A stretch of DNA of 64,000 bases from Rhodosorus marinus CCMP1338. Its lineage: Eukaryota; Plantae; Rhodophyta. A program made the translations under genes and the position numbers. Of the stretch, positions 11,670-22,785 are shown in pieces (position 1 is the stretch's first letter; each line of letters opens with the position of its first letter). The notes below the pieces were generated by a model, which ran no database searches, had not been told where the DNA came from, and saw only the letters and a program-made list of their open reading frames with translations. The stretch spans positions 558,001 to 622,000 of the forward strand of contig JAMWBK010000011.1 of assembly GCA_029953675.1 (NCBI GenBank), in the 5' to 3' direction.

Positions 11670-12230
11670 GAGTACAGAAGTTTGCTTGCGAAGGATCGGG
11701 TTAGATTTGACTTGGCTTTTCTGCATGATGTGTTTAGAATCGAAGACAGTCGCGAATACAGAAACTGGACGCTCGTTGTCTTTAGCGTTTGGATTTGAGA
11801 GCGCTCCAACTGGGGACTCGAGAGGAGTCTCCAGGTGGAGACTCCTTCAGTTTCTGGATTGGAGAGTGCCCAAGTGTGCTGAACGCGGCGAACAAAATTG
11901 GGATAGAGAACAAAGAAGCGCTTTGAAGATTTCGTCCGACAAGCCCGGGGTTTGTTGATAAGGACGGACCGTGACTAGTCGGCTTACAAGAATCTCACGT
12001 CTTCAACAATCGAGTCTTCATATTCATGAGCTGAGACATGCACACATCATATACCAACACGAAAAAAGTTGCATGGCGAACTACTAATCGATCGCCTGGC
12101 GTTCCCCCACAGCCAACAGCCCGACAAACAACGAGCTTCTCTCAGCGACAAAATCTCCCCCAGTGTTTTTCTTTTATATTTTAAAGCTCGGCTACTCGGG
12201 GCACAAAACAATTGGCCCATGTTACCTTCA
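11670..12230. repeat. Paralogous intergenic spacer block, copy 3
   Basis: Same anchors as 2040-2600 and 7330-8010. Confidence 0.8.
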
Positions 12231-12737
12231 ACAAGGGTCCAGCAGTTACTTGTTAACAAATGGACATTCGCAAAAAGAGTACTAAAAAAAACTCAAAACA
12301 AACTTTCGGCGACGGCCAATAATTATGTACATTTTTTCCCATCTGTTTTCAGTTTTGAAGCGAAGCACTGGTTAGCGAGATCAACATAACAGATCTTAGT
12401 AGAGGAAAAGCACTTTACGATGCGTAAATGATGATGTTGATGGAATTTGACTGGGGGGGGCTCTGTTGCAATTCTGGCTCTGGCATTGAATGCATGAATT
12501 TGTCTAATCGGAGCCTGAAGAAAAGCAACCCGAGGGGAAAAAAAACAGACTAAGCGCGGCGAAGATCGCGCGCTTCCAACATCAAAGCAGCGTTCATACG
12601 CCACAGCAAGAAACTTTAACGGGTAAACAACGAGGACAGACGGTCAGGGCGTTCGTGGATCAATTCCCGAAGCCAAACGGGAACCAACGGAATCCATAAA
12701 GCCCAAAGCACTCAATGACCAGAGGATATTGAGCGCT

Positions 12738-12900
12738 TTATCCAAATGCTGCTCCAACGCCCTTCATCGTAGCAGAAAAAAAGGCTCCCCGCTCACTCCC
12801 CCGTCGAAATTGAGGACCACCCGCAGTTGATTCACGCGTACTTATATATACACCACCCTCCCATCCGAGCCTCAAGCCAAACAACAAAAAAAAGAAAAAG
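12738..12900 (-). pseudogene. Relic of a clade A sulfatase: promoter, 5' UTR and first 9 codons only
   Basis: ATG at 12767 reads MKGVGAAFG*, identical to the first 9 aa of A3. It is preceded by a TATA tract and caccctcccatcc, as upstream of A2. No sulfatase homology follows. Confidence 0.8.
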
Positions 12901-14264
12901 GAAAGCCCTAAACCTTCTCCACCAGAAACTGAAGAACAGAGTAACGGACTTTTGTCCTTTCCTCGTATTGAATTCTGGAGTCGGAAACCCAGATAGATTT
13001 CAACATCCATTCTGTTTAACCTAGAAAGAAACTTTTTCTACCGCATCAAAACTGCATAAAAAGCCCAAAAAGCAACCAACGCACACGACGAGCCGCATTT
13101 TGAGCTCGCGGAGAGCGAAATGGTCACCGAGTTCGACGCTTCGAGAAAGATTGTGTCGCGCTATAGAGAGAGGATGCTCCTCGTTGCTCCCACATCCTCT
13201 CTCTCTCCCCGTTTTTTTGCGGACGTGTTGGTCGTTTCTTTCCGCAAACGAAAATCCAGAGAGTTGAGAAACAAAAGTGCTTCCAATCGGGAAGGTTGCT
13301 TCCTTGTAAAAGCAAAGACAAGCGAAGCTAAATTAAAAATGTTTTCGTCGAGAGCGAGTTTAGTCGCGTTGGAACTGGTAAGCTCTTCACAGAGGCTAGT
13401 AGAGACCACGTGGGGAGGCGCACACACGCCATTACCTTCTGGTAATGGTGTGTATTGCTCAAGCAACTACCCTGATAACAACAGAGTGGCAAAGCATATC
13501 CCTCTCACGACGTGTGATATTTGTCCCGAGGGAGTTGCCCTCCTGACCCTCCTCACTGCAGTAGCTTGCCGTATTCTATACCACTAGATTGGTTCTAGGT
13601 ATAGGAGTATTTGGTTCTAATCTAAGTTATTCGTCTTAGACTAAGTATGAGGTGCCTAGTTCATATATGGAGTTCCACCAAAGTCTACCCATCATGACGT
13701 GTGATGTTGTTTGTCCCGAGGGAGTGTTAATATATCTAAAACAATTTTATGCGAAAGTTCATCTGTCATGTCGTCCCAATTGACAAGACGTATTATATCT
13801 AAATTTTGTGATTAAGGTAATGCCAAAAAACAGTTTGTTGGGTTGTAAATTTGCGACAGTAAAGAATACAGAAAACGGGGTTTTTGGGGAGACCATAGGC
13901 CTCGAGAAGTCAGAGCAGCGTTGATGCGCGACAGCAGCAGAGGCAGCCAACTTGGACAGGTAAACAACGAGGAGAGACGCTTGATAAAAGTAATACCGTT
14001 TTTTCTGGGTTTTTCTAAAACTTTTCGCATGGATTGACGAAAACGGTTGCAGGGTAGTTCGCGGAACAACACTCCCGAAGTCAACGCTCACCAAGCTCAC
14101 CAAGCTCACCAAATGGTATCGAGAAAACCTTTTCTCCCGATCGTCGACTTGATGGGAGCTTTTATGTTAATTTGGCAGCTTATTATTAGCATGTACTAGA
14201 ACACCTCCACAACAGCGGAGGTGCACGCACTATGCGCAACTCCCTATTTTCGCTTTGTCCTCTT

Positions 14265-15905
14265 TTAGTTCGCTATGGGGTCGTAGTCATGTTCGGTCTC
14301 GTAGACGTCGAATTCATCCAAGACCTTGGATAATTCATCCCGTTCATCACGGAGCTCTTTCGGTACTTTGTTCCAGTTTGTGATTCTAGGGTAACTGTCC
14401 AAGTCCCGTTTCTCATTCGACACGTCGTACCATCTGTCCCCGCCATCCTTCATCACGTACGAACCTCTGATTAACTGTTTGTGACCGGTCGATCTGGTCT
14501 GATACGAAAAGTTGTACTCGCGAGTGTGTTGTTTTGCGCCCCTGAACAAGTACTTATACAGACTTTGACCATGCAGCTCGTATCCATCCAGAAGGTAACT
14601 AACCCCCATCAGGTCCGCCACCGTCGGTACGATGTCAACGAAAGATACGAACTCGTTCGACCTCCCTTGCTTTGTCATATTCATCCCAGGCGCATAAATG
14701 AACATTGGTACGTGCGGACCCCTTTGCTTTTTCCTCGAGTCCTTGCCGTAGCCCTTGGTGCCGTTGTCTGTCGAGAAAATGATCACCGTATTGTCAAGAA
14801 CCCCGAGTTCTTTGCACTTTTCCACGTACTGCCAAATCGTGTAGTCGAGGTACTCGACGTGACGCCGAACCCCGCCATTGTTGATCCCCCTCGTCGTGTA
14901 GTTTCCTGCCTGCCCCGTTATCACTGGCTCTTGCTTTGAGTACGTCTCCTTTGCAGCGTTCCACCACAGCTTTGGAGTAGGTGGCCATGTATCAGTCTCT
15001 TGGTTGATAAAGTCGTATGCTTTATGTCCGATTCTGGAAGTTGCGTACAGGAAGAAAGGTCTATCCTCCTCCGCACATGTTTCCATGAACTGCGTCGTCA
15101 CCGCCATGTCTACGTCAGGACCGAAGGTTCCTTTGCTGTATGCCTGTTCAGTCTCCTCCGTATTCGGATAGTAGACCAATTGCTCGTCCTCGTTTGGAGG
15201 ATTGAACAGCAGTACATGCGGCCGCCAGGTGTAGCTACGCTGAGCTCTAGCTCCTGGTTCTACCATGCCGGTGTCCTTGTTCACGAATATCTTGTTACCA
15301 TCCTCGTCCACTCCCGCTCCGACAATTTGAAAGTCTGACAGAGGACTAGGCGGGAGCTCCTGTGGAGCTGGAACGAAAACACCTTGTCCAAACCCGAACT
15401 TGTCCAGGTTGTCCGCGTCCTTCATCCCTGCTCTTCCTCCCCAAAACGTACCATACCCAGCAGCCGTTGCCAGATGTGCAATTCCCAGCGGAGATGTGAT
15501 CCATAGAGGAACGATATCACCGACTTTCCCGTTTTCGTCAGTCCACGACCCGTAATCAAAATTGTACCACCACTTGGTAATCGTTGCGTACCTCCCAGTC
15601 ATCAGCATGCCTCGACTTGACGCGCAAATCGGTGTAGCCCATGCCTTATCGAAGAAGATCCCCTCCCTCGCAATCTTATCCAGCATCGGCGTCCTCGCTC
15701 GAAATTTGACCTGATCCGTGGGCTCTTCGTCTGTACTAGACCAGACACCAGTATCGTACGACGGGAACTCCCTCGGGCTGAGGTCATCGCCAATCAAGAC
15801 AATAATATTAGGTTTTGTGCGCGACTTTGCGCCATCCGCACCAGACAAAACAGCGCAATACAGCACCATGAACAGTCCCACAGAAAGCCCAACAACCCCC
15901 TTCAT
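14265..15905 (-). CDS. Secreted S1-family sulfatase, clade A copy A4 (546 aa, intronless)
   Basis: ATG at 15905 (MKGVVGLSVG). CASSR motif; divergent C-terminus (HDYDPIAN). Confidence 0.93.
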   Translation of the reverse strand: MKGVVGLSVGLFMVLYCAVLSGADGAKSRTKPNIIVLIGDDLSPREFPSYDTGVWSSTDEEPTDQVKFRARTPMLDKIAREGIFFDKAWATPICASSRGMLMTGRYATITKWWYNFDYGSWTDENGKVGDIVPLWITSPLGIAHLATAAGYGTFWGGRAGMKDADNLDKFGFGQGVFVPAPQELPPSPLSDFQIVGAGVDEDGNKIFVNKDTGMVEPGARAQRSYTWRPHVLLFNPPNEDEQLVYYPNTEETEQAYSKGTFGPDVDMAVTTQFMETCAEEDRPFFLYATSRIGHKAYDFINQETDTWPPTPKLWWNAAKETYSKQEPVITGQAGNYTTRGINNGGVRRHVEYLDYTIWQYVEKCKELGVLDNTVIIFSTDNGTKGYGKDSRKKQRGPHVPMFIYAPGMNMTKQGRSNEFVSFVDIVPTVADLMGVSYLLDGYELHGQSLYKYLFRGAKQHTREYNFSYQTRSTGHKQLIRGSYVMKDGGDRWYDVSNEKRDLDSYPRITNWNKVPKELRDERDELSKVLDEFDVYETEHDYDPIAN

Positions 15906-18900
15906 CGATGAGGAATAAAAGAACAAGATACAAAAAAAAAAGCAAGGGATCAAACCACAAACCTCCCCTCCCCTCCCCCTTCCCTTCCTCCCACTAATAA
16001 CTCGGATCTTATCAGCCAATTTCTTTGCCTGACCACCCTCTCCTCATCAACGTCTTCCACACGCCCTTGCAGAGACACGCATGACTATATATAAATATAT
16101 GTGGCGATGGTCTATATGTTAAGCCGATCATAAGAAAAGAAAGAGATGCTGGCTGAAATATATATACTCCATCAAGTAAACGAAATCGAATCGGTTCTAC
16201 CTCAACTCTGTTCCTCACCATCCCTTACGAGACATTTCTCTCCCTCTATGAGAAGCTTTTAAAAAGCGCATCGCACCCCACAATGGATGAGTACGCATCA
16301 CGCTAGCTAATTCGGCTACAAATGTCACGACAGGTGATAGCTGTTTTTTCCCCCAATAGGCGAAAAGCTCCGTCAAGCGCGATTCTGGTTTTGGTGACAA
16401 ACGCGTATTTTTGGCCCGGGGGTAGGAATTAGACGAGTGTTACATATTCATCATTTTTGGTTTTTATTTTTCTCTGGCCAAGGAAGGTGGCCGAAAATTT
16501 GGGCCGACAAAACTATTTTTTTTAAAGGGAGGGGTTTGGTAGGTATGAGCCGACTTTTTGTAAGGATAAGGAAATTTTCGTTTTATCTGTTTTCGGTGTT
16601 TCTTCCTTACTGTCGCGGAATTCTCCTAGTTTCGAGTTGCTAGGCGGAAACTGTCTGATGGACAACCGTTGAGAAGAAAAACAAAAATACTACAAAAAAA
16701 CACCATGTTGAAAACAACCGGCCAATCTAAATGCGCGTTTTTCTCAACCGAAAATCAAAATATTCTCGACGGTGACAGCGGCCTTTATTTTTTTGGTTTG
16801 GCCGGGGAAAAACAGGTGCAACGAACACCTATATAGGTTGCATTTGCGGTAGTGGTTTCAAAATCCCGCAACCGAATCGAACGCTTTGTTTTAGGTCGCG
16901 ATGCCTTGATGTGGAGAAATAGTACCAAGTTTAGGACCAAATTAGACTTGACAAAAGGCGATAAGTACTGAAGCTTCAGGTTTACTCAGAGCCTAACTAG
17001 CCTTTGAAGCGAGAGACAAGACGCTGCTGAAGTTGCGTTCTCCCTCACATGGTCATGCTGGGAGAGCGAGAGCTCTCTCGGTCCATACCCAGAGTTTCTT
17101 CAAACCAATTAGGATACGGCAGAGACGTGGGGAGTGCCAGAGGGTGTCAGAGGGGTGTCGTTGATGGCATGGAGTGGATGGCATTCTTTCTTGTTTGTCG
17201 TGTTTTGAGACGATAAGGACGTGTTTTAGAACGTTCTGGTCCGTTATCTTGAAGTTGACACCTTGGCGGGTAGGATAGAAAAGTAAGCCACCCTTTTTCG
17301 TGGTTGGTGTAGCGGGTTTCTCCCAGGATTATGCAACCCAGAATAGTCTGGCTGTGACTCCCTTTTGGGGTGGTGTAGAGGTTGGAGACGACGCGACAGA
17401 GGTTGACTCACGGCTAGAAATTGTCCACTCCCCTTGCAGTTGAACCGGGTAGGTTGGTATGGATGGAGGGAGAATCACTTCGAGGAGGAAGACGTGATAA
17501 AACAAGAAAATGACTGTCCCAAGGGAGAGAAACCCCTTTTCCAGGATTCGAACTTAGGTCAATATCGACTAGACACAAAAAGGAAGAGATTCTAGAACAG
17601 TCGGAATTGACTTTATCCCTCATCCACAACCAAGTGAAGACTGATCGACCTCAAAGACTCACAAGCTGGCTCGCCTAACCCCCAAACCACCTTCTCCTGT
17701 ATCAAGTTCAAGAATTTCAAGAGGGCATTTTGTATACGTTCTGCATCAGACAACCAACACGTGTCAAGATGGCTTCGTACATAAGTTCTACACAAAACAA
17801 AAACGAATCCGGTCACGAAAATAATTAGAAAATCGTTTTTATTAGCTGTTAAAGAGATTGAATACAATCAATACTAAAGGCAGTGTTCGGTAGTACTCCG
17901 CGCGTTGTGTTACAAAGTCCAAATATTGTAATGGCGGAAGACTTTAGTCCCTTCCTTTGTTCTGTTTAGTCACATCGTGAACGTATTTGAATTGAAATAA
18001 ATTGTAATGGCTTTACATAGATGGGCAGAATAGAGCGTTGGGGAAGGTGTATTGACTTTCGGGGAAGGGGGTCTAGTGCTTGTCGCGGGCTTTTTTATTA
18101 TTATCTTCTTTTTTCGTATCCACTACGCAAGCTCACTTGAGAGTAGAACGATACGGTTGCGGGTTTTAGTGCCTTGCTTTTGCGTACTTCTGTTGCAACC
18201 CCATCAAAGCGCGGGAGCTCTTGGGTTTGAGGGCGTTCTCAGACTAGATTAGATTGGGCAAAAGCCGATCAAAGCAGGGAGTCTCCTCCCAAACCTCGAA
18301 AGAGAGAATCCAGGCGTGCCTGTCTCTTTCTTCACAGCAAGGCTTGCTGCGCACACACAGGATACTTCCCCCGTCTTATGATTGTTTACCTTTTTGCAGA
18401 GACCAGACGATTTTACGTACATGCCTATGGTGTAGGCTCAACCGTCTCACAAGTCTAGAAAACATCCAGGCGATAACATGCACATCCAGGAAAAACGAGG
18501 AGCTGCCAGGTTTCTGCTCCTGGCATTCTCTACTTGTCTCAGGGTTCTTTGGTTCCACTGGCTGTGGTTGCCACTACAATTTGGGTCACTGCATGGCTCA
18601 ATGGATTCAAATACAGCTTCCACAATCCAGAACACGAATCCACAAATTCCTCCCAGACCCGGGGCTATGAAGCAAAGGACTATGAAATAACCCTCCGTTG
18701 CACGGAATCCCGTCAAGTTGCTTGGGAGAGGTTCAGTCCCTTCACTCACGCCGCTTCCCAATTCCAGTCTCGAACCCTTTCAAAAGATAAAGTCTAAAAC
18801 CAATCCAAACAACCGAAAAGGAAACCGAAGAGATTTATAGAAATGCATTAAAAATAGATAGCACCGAACCAACTAACTAAATTTCAACTACAAGCCAAGA

Positions 18901-19388
18901 ATCTCTCGCGAAGCTTTTTCGACTAAATCATTGGCCCATTGTGGTACTGTTTAGAAAACTATTCAAACCTTTTTAGTTATTAAATTCTGCACTTTCAAAA
19001 CGAGGTGGAAAATACGCTTTCGATTTTGCACGTTTTGATTAAATAGTTTTGAGCAATCCGAACAGCACGCATTAATGAAATAATTTAGATGTTGGATTAC
19101 AGTACTTTGACGAATGCCCTCGATATGATTGGCTAATTATAATTGGTTTTTAGGAGTTTTTGGAAATCTTGTTTCTTAAGTGTTTGGAAGACGTTTTTTC
19201 CACCGTTTCCATTGAGGCTAGAACAGGTCAAAGCGAGACAACCTGAACGGACTCCCGGAACAATGAGCTCTCAAATTTCTCGACGGGCGCGGATATATGG
19301 GGAGCAGTGATTTGACAAACCTAGCTAGAACCTTACAGACCGTGAACCATGCGCAGGGCGTGAATCTAGTTGTGAACCTTGTAAGTAG

Positions 19389-19428
19389 CTAGTTCCTTGT
19401 ACGTAGCTAGCTACGTACCAGGAACTAG
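19389..19428. repeat. 40-bp spacerless palindrome with one mismatched pair
   Basis: ctagttccttgtacgtagctagctacgtaccaggaactag matches its reverse complement except at positions 10 and 31. Confidence 0.9.
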
Positions 19429-19544
19429 AGCATTTTAGTTTCTTCTACAGCCCACAGAACAAAACCCACAAATCCACCTCCCAGCCTTGAGTGTGATTGG
19501 AGAAATGGGCTTCTCAGTTCTCTGCGGCCAACTGCACAAGCGTG

Positions 19545-19712
19545 ACGGCTCAGTTCCCGGCGGCAAAACTTGCTAATAGTGAACACGTCCGCGGCAACTG
19601 TCCACACCCCGCCGCTCGAGACCAATTTACGGCTCAGTTCCCGGCGGCAAAACTTGCTAATAGTGAACACGTCCGCGGCCACTGTCCACACCCCGCCGCT
19701 CGAGACCAATTT
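19545..19712. repeat. 84-bp tandem duplication (2 copies, 1 mismatch)
   Basis: acggctcagttcccggcggcaaaacttgctaatagtgaacacgtccgcggc[a/c]actgtccacaccccgccgctcgagaccaattt starts at 19545 and 19629. Confidence 0.95.
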
Positions 19713-20273
19713 CAACCGCACTCTTTGCGAGCTCCAAATCCAGAACTGCTCAGACAGAGATGGTGCATCAAAGCGCTAATACTCCACAACCCGAGCTGGA
19801 AGCATTCAGAACTTGGCTGGTCAGTTTAAAACCTACACTATGGGTTGCGATTGGCGGGTAAAGACACGTGGTGTATATATGTTGAAATACTTCACAACAG
19901 TCAACTTATTATTGGCTATTATACGACATATTGGACATGTGTCAGGAAGTATGGGTGTGTACGTCGCAGTCTGCGACCAATAAAAGTGTAGATATGGCGC
20001 CGAAAGAGGAGATGCTGGTTGACCTGGAAGGGATGCTCAACTTCGTCGGAGAGGTGGCTGCCCGAGTTGTCAATGCTCTTTCAAGCAGGAGGAACGGAGG
20101 GCGAGTGGGGGAGGGAGCTAGAAGGGTTCATCTACGACGACAAAGTCAAACAGATGGAGCGGACCTGAGTGACCCGCTTGGCCTGAGGAAACGGCCTATT
20201 TGTGTGGTTGACTTTGACAGTTCGGTTCGGGCACCCTCCGTTCGGGAGTAGTGACCGCTTCATCGTAAGAGGC

Positions 20274-21248
20274 ATGGGCACTGGGGGAGACCTGGATGAC
20301 CCCCCTCGTAAAACAGAAGAGGAAGAACTAGAGCAGTTGACTGGATGTATAAGAGATTATTGTGGAGTGATTGACTTGAAGATTCTCGGTAAACGGGAGG
20401 AGTTGCTGGATGCGCCCGAGGTGGGGAGTGCGCTAACTCCTGAGGTGAAAGCGACGCTGATGAGCAAGGTTGATGAGCTGGAGCAGCGACGTTTTTTACT
20501 CAAGATTCCTCATCGAGTGTTGCACGGGTTTTTGGATCTCATCATTGTAAACGTGCTCCGTATCTTGTACGTGATTCTCAGTTTCTTTCTCTGGATAGGA
20601 TCCTGTTTCCGTCCTAGATCGAAATCGAGTGATCGCTCTGATGCGTTTGACTTGGATGCTTTCGATGGATTTTATTCAGAGTTGTTGACCTGGGGTGCGA
20701 CTGCCGTGTCTGTGGCGAGCGGAATAGTCGTTCTCTTGTCGCTTCTCGCTGGGAATCCGTCTAGAAGCAGAGTCATCGTAATTTCGTTCTCCGCTACAAT
20801 GGGAGCTTTGACCCTGTTAAATCGCATGTATTTGAGGGGGAAAGCACTCGAAACGTCTTTCATCAAGTTTTCAAAAGCACTCCTGATTATCCAGATTGGT
20901 ATCTTCGAGTTGAGGAAGGCACAGCTGATTTCGCAGCCATTGTCCCAAGGTCAGAGCCACATTATCAACGGCTACATAAACTCGGTGGAAAAATGCATGA
21001 AGTTCGCAGTGGCTCAGATAAAACACTACAGCTTCCTCTCGCCGATTCACCGTGTCTTGTTTCTTGGTGGGCGCCAAGTGTCAGACTTAGACTCTCTCTC
21101 CAACTACAACGTGAGGCTCGGCAAAAGCGTTCAAGCGATGGGTTTTCTTCGGGACCGGTTTATGGACGCCCAGATACTGGCTACCATAGTTCCAAACTCG
21201 GTTGTAGACAGGATTCGAGGCGACGTCGCAATCAACAATGGCAACTGA
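20274..21248 (+). CDS. Orphan membrane protein with about 3 TM helices, paralog 1 (324 aa from the first plausible ATG)
   Basis: Long intronless ORF with three hydrophobic segments. Conserved in frame with the paralog at 22786-23751, with many synonymous differences. Confidence 0.75.
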   Translation: MGTGGDLDDPPRKTEEEELEQLTGCIRDYCGVIDLKILGKREELLDAPEVGSALTPEVKATLMSKVDELEQRRFLLKIPHRVLHGFLDLIIVNVLRILYVILSFFLWIGSCFRPRSKSSDRSDAFDLDAFDGFYSELLTWGATAVSVASGIVVLLSLLAGNPSRSRVIVISFSATMGALTLLNRMYLRGKALETSFIKFSKALLIIQIGIFELRKAQLISQPLSQGQSHIINGYINSVEKCMKFAVAQIKHYSFLSPIHRVLFLGGRQVSDLDSLSNYNVRLGKSVQAMGFLRDRFMDAQILATIVPNSVVDRIRGDVAINNGN

Positions 21249-21689
21249 GCAGGAGCGAGCTCCCGTTGACAAAGAGAAAAGGCAGGGGGCCCACGTTGTG
21301 CACGGATTCTCAACAACATAGTAAGCGGGCCCCGCCACTCTAAAAGGATAGAATACCGTACGGCTATGGAAGTCGCCTCAAGTGCTTGGGCTTGACATTG
21401 TAGCTTTCCTGACGTACGCCATATACAGACGCGCTCGTTTCACCGTCAGTATTGAAACTAGAAACTTTTTCCCAGCGTTGACCTGAAGGCTTCGCTACGG
21501 GGTACTGGGACTAACATATCCGGTGGGGCAAGGAGCTCTACGGCTGTGCTCCTCTGTGTTCCTTTGCCGAACAACGGGCTGAAGTCATCACTTTGATGAA
21601 AGACGAAGTTTTGGCGATCACCGACCGCTGGGTTCCCTCGGCGATTGCGCGAAAGCCCCAGCTCAAATATATTCATGTTCTCTGAACCG

Positions 21690-22440
21690 TGACAGAAAAC
21701 TCCATCGGACCAATGCTACAAGAAAAGGCGTCTAATGTCAAAAGAGAGTCATACGTCTTTCTTTTGGGGTTGGTTTTCACTCGGCGACCGTTCGAAGGAC
21801 CCACCAATTCTTACCGGAGTCTTAGGTCCGTCCTTAATGGAAGACGAAGACATGGAGGAGTTTGACATCTGCTCCAGAAAACAAAGGAAAACTCTCTTTC
21901 CCCGGTTATGAGCGTCCTATGCTCTTCTATGACGGCAAAAACGCTCCATGTTAAACAATGGCGGCGACAGTCGCATGTCCAGTCGGACAGAAAACTCCAT
22001 AAAGACCCTTCAAAAGGAGTCTCACGTCCTTCTTTGACAGAAAAAGTCGAGGAGTCCAACATCTCCTCCAGAAAAAAAAAAAGTCAAAAAAATGAACTCG
22101 CTTTTCCCCGTTATGATCGTCCTACGTCCTTTCCTGACAGCCAAAACGCTTCCCCGTCAAACAATGGCGACATGGCATATGTCCAGTGGTGGCAGAAAAG
22201 CTCCATCAGACCAATGCTACAGGAGTCTCACGTCCCTCCTTGACAGAAAACGAAACGACGTCGAGGAGTTTCAAATTCCTTCCTCGACAGAAAATGACAT
22301 CGCGTGGAGTCTCACGCCTCCTCAAGAAAACAAAACAAAACTCTCTCTCTCTCAGCGTCCTCTGTCCCTCCATGTCAAACAATGGCGACCTGTCGTATGT
22401 CCAATCGTGACAGAAAACTCCATCGCGCCAATGTTACAAG
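21690..22440. repeat. Degenerate modular tandem repeat (about 205-220 bp, 3-4 units)
   Basis: aaacaatggcg..c....c..atgtcca.t...gacagaaaactccat recurs at about 21955, 22160 and 22378, with a partial copy at 21690. Sub-motifs ggagtctcacg and gacagaaaa also recur. Confidence 0.75.
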
Positions 22441-22785
22441 ACACAAAAAGGCACGTCTACTGTCAACGAGAGTTTTACCTCCCCAAAACCTGAAGGCCCA
22501 AACTCTGCAAGTCTAATGTTACCTAACGTCCTGGTATGTTACTCACCCGGTTGGGATGCGTGACTTGGTCGGGGTGGTGTCTGGCAGAGTTGTCAATGCT
22601 CTTGAAAGCAAGGGGCAGCGGCGGGGGGAGGGGGAAAGAAGAGCTCGTCTATGACAAAGAAGTCAAATCACCTGGAGTAGACCTGATTGATCTGCTGGCC
22701 TGAGGAAACGGGCCGATTATGTGTTGTTGACTTTGACAGTTCGGGATTCTGTTCTGGAAATTCGCGCGCGTCCTGGTCGGCAGGG

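Noticed and set aside
13120-13587. 155-aa ORF
   Set aside because: No recognisable motif; it lies in a duplicated promoter spacer with low-complexity tracts.
557-14112. Microsatellites: (CT)n at about 557 and 10986, an 11-bp duplication at about 1566, a 9-bp x3 repeat at 14086
   Set aside because: Ordinary slippage repeats with no further structure.
3726-15918. Recurrent plus-strand ORFs inside the sulfatases (e.g. 3726-4139, 4200-4538, 9198-9599, 14481-14939)
   Set aside because: Antisense shadows that recur only because the sense genes are near-identical; their ends vary between copies.
16900-18850. Transposon or retroelement remnant
   Set aside because: Fragmentary ORFs only; I could not recognise RT, integrase or transposase motifs, LTRs or TIRs.
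21150-21248. Adenylate/guanylate cyclase similarity of ILATIVPNSVVDRIRG
   Set aside because: No catalytic domain follows and the motif is absent from the paralog.
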